A stretch of 32,000 nt of DNA, from positions 480,001 to 512,000 of the forward strand of contig NZ_CP107255.1 in assembly GCF_029232205.1 (NCBI RefSeq), written 5' to 3'. The translations under genes and the position numbers were made by a program. Under the pieces are notes generated by a model that ran no database searches, was not told the DNA's origin, and saw nothing but the letters and a program-made list of their open reading frames with translations. Below, piece after piece: positions 26,754 through 32,000 of this stretch (positions are counted from its first letter, which is position 1; each line of letters opens with the position of its first letter). Source of the DNA: Candidatus Saccharimonadota bacterium (GTDB lineage: Archaea > Nanohalarchaeota > Nanosalinia > Nanosalinales > Nanosalinaceae).

Positions 26754-26764
26754 TTTAAATTATA
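26754..26764 (-). promoter_or_regulatory. Candidate archaeal TATA box for tRNA-Thr
   Basis: The minus strand reads TATAATTTAAA, 35-45 nt upstream of the mature tRNA 5' end. This fits a TATA at about -27 plus a short leader. No experimental support. Confidence 0.35.
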
Positions 26765-26768
26765 GAAA

Positions 26769-26792
26769 ATTGTTGGAGGGGGATTGTTGGAG
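26769..26792. repeat. Direct 10-mer repeat ATTGTTGGAG-GGGG-ATTGTTGGAG
   Basis: Read directly, between the rpl40e stop (26860) and the candidate tRNA-Thr TATA box (26754-26764). Confidence 0.55.
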
Positions 26793-26859
26793 CTTTGAAG
26801 AGCTGTGTTTGCAGCTGCCAAGTTGTTTGCTCCTGTTGACCCCGTTGAAAGTTGGTTTG

Positions 26860-27021
26860 TTAGCCTGCGAACTGGTCGTTCTTCTTTCTGAGGTCTGGGT
26901 AGCCGCATTTTCTGCAGCTGGCCTTCTCAGGGTTCTGGGTCTTGTTCTTGGCGTTGCATTTTCTGCATACGTAGATATTCTTGAATACTCTATCTTCGGC
27001 CTCGTCAAATCTCTGTGCCAT
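26860..27021 (-). CDS. rpl40e: 50S ribosomal protein L40e (53 aa), missed by the ORF track
   Basis: Minus-strand ATG at 27021, TAA at 26862-26860. Translation MAQRFDEAEDRVFKNIYVCRKCNAKNKTQNPEKASCRKCGYPDLRKKNDQFAG matches the archaeal L40e pattern (RVF.K.IC.KC.A.N....KCRKCGY..LR.K). Confidence 0.85.
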   Translation of the reverse strand: MAQRFDEAEDRVFKNIYVCRKCNAKNKTQNPEKASCRKCGYPDLRKKNDQFAG

Positions 27022-27092
27022 TGTTTTAATTCACCTAACAAGAAAGTCTTTGATTGCAAAATCTTAAGTAGTTGGGACCGTTTCATGGTATT

Positions 27093-27668
27093 ATGCTGCT
27101 GGGGGAAGCTTTCTACACGACTTTGTTCACACTTCATGGAAACCCAGCTATCGACAGCTTGATGACTTACTTTGCAGAATACCTTGTACTTTTCGTACCT
27201 CTAACACTGGTATACCTCTGGTTCCAGGGCAGAACCGGAGAGGAAGACTCCCTATACTCATTCTATACAGTAGTCGCAGGCCTTGCAGTGTCCTACGGCA
27301 TGGGCCTGATCTATTCACACGGTAATCCTTCCACGGTTTTCGATACGCTTGTAGCTCAGAAACCTGAGAACGCATTCCCAAGCCAGCACACAACAGTAGT
27401 TGTTGCATCGGCCCTTGCATACTTCCGGAGAGATAGAAGAAATCTAGGCCTTTTGATGGCTGTTGCAGCATTTCTTACAGGAATTGCAAGAATCTACATC
27501 GGCGAGCACTGGCCTGTAGATATTCTGGGATCGGCGGTTGCTGCTTCGCTGGGCCTTGGAGTAGCTTATCTTTCATGGGATGGGCTTGAACCTGTCTGGA
27601 CTCCGGCCCTGGATCTGTACGACAGGGTTTTTGACCAGGTAGTAGCCCGTTTGAAAGAGTTAAGATGA
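27093..27668 (+). CDS. PAP2-family lipid phosphate phosphatase (polyprenyl-diphosphate phosphatase-like)
   Basis: The track start at 27072 is TTG; the first ATG is at 27093. PAP2 motifs FPSQHT (PSGH-like) and ARIYIGEHWPVD (SR.....H...D). About 5-6 TM helices. Confidence 0.8.
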   Translation: MLLGEAFYTTLFTLHGNPAIDSLMTYFAEYLVLFVPLTLVYLWFQGRTGEEDSLYSFYTVVAGLAVSYGMGLIYSHGNPSTVFDTLVAQKPENAFPSQHTTVVVASALAYFRRDRRNLGLLMAVAAFLTGIARIYIGEHWPVDILGSAVAASLGLGVAYLSWDGLEPVWTPALDLYDRVFDQVVARLKELR

Positions 27669-27851
27669 ATTTCCCACGGCCTTCCCAAAGCTGTATAAAA
27701 ATTCTTTCAACTACTGTTCTTTCAAGGAGATTACACCAATGCAAGGTGACTATGATCATCCCTCAATCGAGAGGGAACGAAAAAGTTTCAGATAATTCTC
27801 AAAACCTTTTAGACAGCTATAGCTCTACCGAACAGGCCTCCTCAACTCAGG

Positions 27852-28100
27852 GTGGCCGTTTTCACGCCATGCTTTTCCGCAAAAATTGACTCCAAGGGAA
27901 GAATCACTATTCCCTCCGAGATCAGGGATAGACTTAATCTGGATGAAGGCCAGAAAGTTTTTCTTTCAGTTCAGGATTCAACTGTTGTCAGGAAAAGCTT
28001 TGATTCCCGAGACAAGGCCCTGGATTTTCTTTCAGGCCTGGAGAATGTGGAGGGCTTCAGCTTTGATGGAGAGGTTCTGGAGGTGATTTTCAGTGAGTGA
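27852..28100 (+). CDS. AbrB/SpoVT/MazE-family DNA-binding protein (82 aa)
   Basis: GTG start. KIDSKGRITIPSEIRDRLNLDEGQKVFLSV is the swapped-hairpin SpoVT-AbrB motif. 8-nt overlap with the following GNAT gene. Confidence 0.65.
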   Translation: MAVFTPCFSAKIDSKGRITIPSEIRDRLNLDEGQKVFLSVQDSTVVRKSFDSRDKALDFLSGLENVEGFSFDGEVLEVIFSE

Positions 28101-28716
28101 CCGGGTTGAATACCTGGACTTTGGTTTCGATCCTTCAGAAACAGAGTACCCTTTGAACGATCAGGGGAATAGGGATGCATTGATCGGCCTGTTTCAGACT
28201 GTCTTCACTGAGGAGAATTCTCCTTATGATGAGGACTGGGATTACGAAGTTGTCGATGATTTCCTGGAGTGGACTTCAGAAATGGATTATGAGGGAACGA
28301 TCGCAGTACTGAATGACGAGCCTATAGGATTCTCCTGGGGCTACAGAGTTGATTCTGACGAAGTTGATGTGGATGAGAAATTCCCGGATGGGTTAGAGGA
28401 AGTAAATCCTGATATCTATGACGGCAGCACCTTCATGATCGACGAAGTAGGTGTCAGCCCGGATTACAGAGGCAATGGAATAGGAACTCAGGTAGAGGCC
28501 CGTACACTCAGAAAAGCCGCGGAAAGAGATAATCTAGACAGAGCAATGCAGAGAACACAATGGAGCGGAGAAAACAGCGGGAAGCTCTGGCTGGATGGAA
28601 GGATGGGCTTCAGCGCGTTCCTTCAGGGAGAAGAAAATGATCCTGTAACTCAGGAAGTAGAGTTTGTTGGAAAACCTGGAAGCGATGAAAGAATCTACCT
28701 AGGCCAGGAGTTCTGA
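28093..28716 (+). CDS. GNAT-family N-acetyltransferase (207 aa)
   Basis: GTG start inside GTGAGTGA. Acetyl-CoA binding motif A: FMIDEVGVSPDYRGNGIGTQVEARTLRKAAE (R/Q-x-x-G-x-G/A). Confidence 0.8.
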   Translation: MSDRVEYLDFGFDPSETEYPLNDQGNRDALIGLFQTVFTEENSPYDEDWDYEVVDDFLEWTSEMDYEGTIAVLNDEPIGFSWGYRVDSDEVDVDEKFPDGLEEVNPDIYDGSTFMIDEVGVSPDYRGNGIGTQVEARTLRKAAERDNLDRAMQRTQWSGENSGKLWLDGRMGFSAFLQGEENDPVTQEVEFVGKPGSDERIYLGQEF

Positions 28717-28723
28717 TGAATCC

Positions 28724-29533
28724 ATGAAAGTAACAGAGAAAGGGCCTGGAAAGGCTGAAGTTGCAGTAGTCTACTGTACGCACGGTGATGAGGTAGCGGG
28801 AAAGAAAGCAGTAGAAAAGCTGCTGGATGAAAAACCTGATTTCAGGAAAGGAGTGAAGTTCGTCTTCGCGAACGAGAAGGCCTATGAACAGGGAGAAAGA
28901 TTCATCGACACTGACTTGAATCGGAGTTTTCCTGGAGATTCTGAAAGCGATAGCTACGAGGAGAGGTTGGCGGCAGAAATGATGCAGGAATTGCAGGAGC
29001 CGAAAGTACTGGATCTGCATGAAACCAGGTCCGCTCCCACGCCTTTCGCTCTCTTCACCTGGATGGACGAAGAGACTATGGATACATTGCAGAGTACAGG
29101 TGTGGATAAGGCGGTAGAGATTAGTTACACTCCTGGCTGCGGCATCAATCATTATGGAGGTGTTGAAGTAGAGACTGGGCCTCGAGGAAGCCAGGAATCA
29201 GCGGAAATGGCCTACCAGGTTTTGAAGGACTTTCTGATTAATGAAGGAGTCCTAGCAGGAGAAGCAAACAAATCGAGGCCAGAGATTTTCAGTGTCTATG
29301 ATGTGGAAGATAGGCCTGAAGGAGATTGGAATGCTGCGGTTGAGAATTTCCAGGAGGTTTCGAAAGGAGAGACTGTGGCCAAATCCGGTAGTGAGGAAAT
29401 ATTGGCTGACAAGTCTTTTGTCCCGGTACTGTTCGCTGAAAGTTATCCTGATATCTTCGGGTTCAAGGCGGTAAGACTTGAAAAAGTAGAGGAAAGAATC
29501 TATCAACAAGAGGTAATCAAAAATGGCAATTAA
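28724..29533 (+). CDS. Succinylglutamate desuccinylase/aspartoacylase (AstE/AspA) family zinc deacylase
   Basis: VVYCTHGDEVAGKKAVEKLL (H-x-x-E zinc site), DTDLNRSFPG, and VLDLHET (second zinc His). Confidence 0.8.
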   Translation: MKVTEKGPGKAEVAVVYCTHGDEVAGKKAVEKLLDEKPDFRKGVKFVFANEKAYEQGERFIDTDLNRSFPGDSESDSYEERLAAEMMQELQEPKVLDLHETRSAPTPFALFTWMDEETMDTLQSTGVDKAVEISYTPGCGINHYGGVEVETGPRGSQESAEMAYQVLKDFLINEGVLAGEANKSRPEIFSVYDVEDRPEGDWNAAVENFQEVSKGETVAKSGSEEILADKSFVPVLFAESYPDIFGFKAVRLEKVEERIYQQEVIKNGN

Positions 29534-30824
29534 TCTAGAGAGTTTGAAAGGTACCTATGACAGGTATCCTGATGAGTGGGCGACTTGGAAAAAGCTGATG
29601 GAGGTAGCAGGTGAGACTGCGGAGGAGTTTGGATTCCGCGAGTTGAATCCTCCAAGTATTGAACGCCAGGAACTGTGGACGGAGAAAGAAGAGGACTCCG
29701 TGACCGATGAAATGTATGCTTTCACGGATAAAGGCGACAACAAGATTACACTGGTGCCCGAAGAGACTCCTACACGCGCCCGATTGATTCAGAGAAGGAA
29801 GGACCTGAAGACTCCTGTAAAATGGTACAACACCTCCAAGAGATGGAGGTATGAGGATGTGACAAGAGGCCGTGACAGAGAGTTCTTCCAGGGAGACTTC
29901 GACATTTTCGGAATCGAGTCTGTAGAGGCCGATGCCGAAGTTATCGCGGCTGCAGCAACGATCTACCAGAAACTGGATCTTGATGACAGGGTAAGATTCC
30001 TGATCAACGACAGACAGCTTCTGGAGTCAATCCTTGAATCTCATGGAATTGAAAAAACAGAAGAGGCCATGAAAGTTGTCGATGACAAGGAGAAACTGGA
30101 TAGAGAAGAGTTTCTCGAAGACCTAATGGACAGAGGCCTTTCACGTGAGGATGCGGAACAGGTTGACGAACTCACCGATATTTCAGGCCCTATCCTCGAT
30201 CAGATAGATGATCTCAGGGAGAAAGCTCCTGAAGAAGTTCAGAAATCTGTTGACAGAATGGAATCTCTTGGAGAGACCCTGGAAAGTTACGGTGTTGAGT
30301 ACATGTGCCGTATTGATCTATCAATTGTCAGAGGCCTTGCATACTACACAGGACTTGTGTTCGAGGCCTTCGATTCTGAGGGAGAGCTACGAGCTTTGTT
30401 CGGCGGTGGCCGTTACGATGAACTGGTTGGCCAGTTCGGTGATCGGGATGTTCCGGCTGTTGGATTTGCTTTCGGTTACTCGCCTACGATCGAGCTTCTG
30501 AAGAAGGAGGATCGGTATCCTCTGAAGGATGTTGAGACAGATGTCTACGTACTCACAGTGTCCGAATCAGTCAGAGACGTGGCCCTTGATTATGCGACCA
30601 AGTTGAGGAAGAAAGGCCTATCTGTGGAGACTGACTTGGCCGGAAGAGGTTTCGGCTCACAGTTAGGATACGCTGACGACATGAATGCGAAAAGAGTCTT
30701 GATTGTTGGAGAACGTGACTTGGAGAACGATGAGGTTACTATGAAGCATATGGATTCTGGTGAGGAGGAGAATCTAGGTAGGGATGAAGTGCTTGAGCAT
30801 CTCAGATCAGAGGGCCTCTTCTAG
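29523..30824 (+). CDS. hisS: Histidine--tRNA ligase (class II)
   Basis: LKGTYDRYPDE (G-T/M-R-D region), RWRYEDVTRGRDREFFQGDFDIFG (motif 2), GGGRYDELV (motif 3), and a C-terminal anticodon-binding domain (VYVLTV...RVLIVGERDLENDEVTMK). Confidence 0.92.
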   Translation: MAINLESLKGTYDRYPDEWATWKKLMEVAGETAEEFGFRELNPPSIERQELWTEKEEDSVTDEMYAFTDKGDNKITLVPEETPTRARLIQRRKDLKTPVKWYNTSKRWRYEDVTRGRDREFFQGDFDIFGIESVEADAEVIAAAATIYQKLDLDDRVRFLINDRQLLESILESHGIEKTEEAMKVVDDKEKLDREEFLEDLMDRGLSREDAEQVDELTDISGPILDQIDDLREKAPEEVQKSVDRMESLGETLESYGVEYMCRIDLSIVRGLAYYTGLVFEAFDSEGELRALFGGGRYDELVGQFGDRDVPAVGFAFGYSPTIELLKKEDRYPLKDVETDVYVLTVSESVRDVALDYATKLRKKGLSVETDLAGRGFGSQLGYADDMNAKRVLIVGERDLENDEVTMKHMDSGEEENLGRDEVLEHLRSEGLF

Positions 30825-31203
30825 TTTCCTCTTCTTTTCTGTCAAAAATCTCTCCTTCCTCATTTATTACAAAGTTTTTTGCTGTTAGGAGTTCGAACTC
30901 TCCTTCTATGCCTGATATTACTGTTTTCAGTGTTTCAGGATCATACTGATCTGATTTAGCGCCGGAGAATACGTACGTTTCCTCTCCTTCTTGAAACTCT
31001 GCCATTTTCTGTTCGGGAGAACCTCCTATCTCTCCCGGAGAAATATGTGTGGCGTAGAGGCCATCTTCATGGATTGAAACTGCGCCAACACAGTAGCAGA
31101 GTTCTTCCATAGCTACAGCTCCATCGTAGAACCCGCACTGATCGACATCCACATCATAGAAAGAGCCTGAGTAGGCCTCTAAACTTTCAGATTCCTGAAT
31201 CAT
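30802..31203 (-). CDS. Hypothetical acidic protein (133 aa from the internal ATG)
   Basis: The 172-aa track ORF would overlap the upstream gene by 71 nt. Met40 (31203) removes the overlap and the basic, atypical leader. No family recognised. 23-nt convergent overlap with hisS. Confidence 0.5.
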   Translation of the reverse strand: MIQESESLEAYSGSFYDVDVDQCGFYDGAVAMEELCYCVGAVSIHEDGLYATHISPGEIGGSPEQKMAEFQEGEETYVFSGAKSDQYDPETLKTVISGIEGEFELLTAKNFVINEEGEIFDRKEEETRRGPLI

Positions 31204-31249
31204 GATCCCTGTAACAGGTTCTGCTACAAAATTTAAAAATCGGCAGAAC

Positions 31250-31633
31250 TTAGGCGAACTCTCCAAGGTTCTTCTGCTGTTCTTTTCTTTCCTCCTTGAA
31301 AAAGTTGTATTCTCGTACAATCCAGCGGGTAAGAAGATTTACAACAGCATCAATCTGTTTATCACTTAGCTCTGGGCCTGCAGGAATTCTATGAGCTCTG
31401 GAAAGCTCTTTTCTGGAAGCTGAGTTGCATGCATGCATGGCCTTGTATACAGGGTTTCCGGCTGACGGCGTCTGATGGCCATCATTATCAGGCTGTTCCC
31501 TCAACTTGTTTTCTACAATTCTTCGGGCCTGATCCTTTATCTCAGGGATGCCTAGCTCTTTAATCAGCTGAATATCCTCCTCTGTCAGCCTAGGCCTTGT
31601 CTTATCTCTTCCTGGGAGTTTTAACTTTCTCAT
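31250..31633 (-). CDS. DUF4186-like protein (127 aa)
   Basis: DNDGHQTPSAGNPVYKAMHA...AHRIPAGPELSDKQIDAVVNLLTRWI resembles, from memory, the DUF4186 core (NDGKQTP..GHPVF.AQHATATCCR.CL.KWH.I..G..L), but most of the Cys are missing here. Confidence 0.5.
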   Translation of the reverse strand: MRKLKLPGRDKTRPRLTEEDIQLIKELGIPEIKDQARRIVENKLREQPDNDGHQTPSAGNPVYKAMHACNSASRKELSRAHRIPAGPELSDKQIDAVVNLLTRWIVREYNFFKEERKEQQKNLGEFA

Positions 31634-31669
31634 ATTTAAGATAGGCGTTCAAATAATTTAAGCCTGAAC

Positions 31670-32000
31670 TTAGCTAGGCCAGTAGAGATCGGAGTCGAAA
31701 CTTTTCTCCCTTGTATACCAGGTTGCCAGTGTTGAAGGGATTGAAAGAAAAACCAGTGCCACTGCTGTAAGTTTTATCCAGAGGCCTTGATCGATAATAT
31801 TGGTTAGAGGACCTACCGCGATCAGGATTCCTCCTACGGATGCAGAAATATCTATCATGTAGTGCATGTACTCTGATTCTCCCTGGAGGAATCCTCCAGA
31901 GAAAGTCGATATACCGTACAGAACAAATAGTACCGTGCTCAGAAGGCCAGGATCAGCCCGGTAGCTGTCTGAAATTGACGGTATGTAGAAGGTCAGTGAA
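31670..32000 (-). CDS. Hypothetical membrane protein (C-terminal part; 5' end outside the window)
   Basis: The minus-strand frame stays open from the listed Met (31867) up to the window edge (SLTFYIPSISDSYRADPGLLSTVLFVLYGISTFSGGFLQGESEY-MHYMIDIS...). Several hydrophobic helices. Confidence 0.55.
   Translation of the reverse strand, partial: SLTFYIPSISDSYRADPGLLSTVLFVLYGISTFSGGFLQGESEYMHYMIDISASVGGILIAVGPLTNIIDQGLWIKLTAVALVFLSIPSTLATWYTREKSFDSDLYWPS

Noticed and set aside
26760-27162. 125-aa minus ORF (26760-27137) and 130-aa plus ORF (26770-27162)
   Set aside because: A different minus-strand frame across the same DNA encodes a textbook L40e. The long ORFs are basic or low-complexity and span the tRNA promoter region.
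27665-27889. 74-aa plus-strand ORF in the PAP2/AbrB spacer, and a possible box C/D-like RNA (ctatgatca...) there
   Set aside because: The ORF is basic and Ser-rich and overlaps the AbrB start. The candidate C box reads TGATCA rather than TGATGA, and no matching D box or guide arrangement was found.

Overview
Gene-dense window (about 90% coding; many 4-11 nt start/stop overlaps). It reads as chromosomal DNA from a halophilic, small-genome archaeon. That attribution is inferred from three things: a very acidic D/E-rich proteome, an archaeal/eukaryal-specific ribosomal protein L40e, and PGF-pre-PGF-like and sequon-rich surface proteins. With roughly 43% GC, a nanohaloarchaeon-like DPANN lineage is my best guess. 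All calls come from reading motifs in the supplied translations and DNA; no homology search was run.

Content, left to right:
- ABC/FtsX permease (3' part), UppS-like cis-prenyltransferase.
- A three-gene overlapping operon: LEA_2-repeat membrane protein, AddB-like nuclease, AddA-like UvrD helicase-nuclease.
- Aldo-keto reductase.
- A divergent DsbA/DsbB(BdbC) pair.
- 2-hydroxyacid dehydrogenase plus SDR.
- A Cys4 tandem-wHTH regulator divergent from a Cys-bearing membrane protein and a SufS-type cysteine desulfurase.
- MscS, then YdbS/YdbT bPH-domain proteins.
- FMN reductase.
- A PiT phosphate transporter with an unresolved 5' end.
- A 1560-aa membrane-anchored subtilisin/adhesin-like protein, divergent from a hyper-acidic PepSY protein.
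- tRNA-Thr(GGU), and rpl40e (missed by the ORF track).
- PAP2 phosphatase.
- An overlapping AbrB-GNAT pair, an AstE/AspA-family deacylase, HisRS.
- A few hypotheticals.

No CRISPR array, transposase or integrase was seen.

Most notable observations:
1. A bacterial-style AddAB dual-nuclease module in an archaeal context.
2. A strong, frame-independent over-representation of GGCC and especially AGGCCT throughout the window.
3. The giant S8 protease/LTD/Ig-array surface protein with its PepSY neighbour.
4. The PiT 5' frame anomaly.
5. A compact Cys-rich regulator/membrane protein/SufS module.
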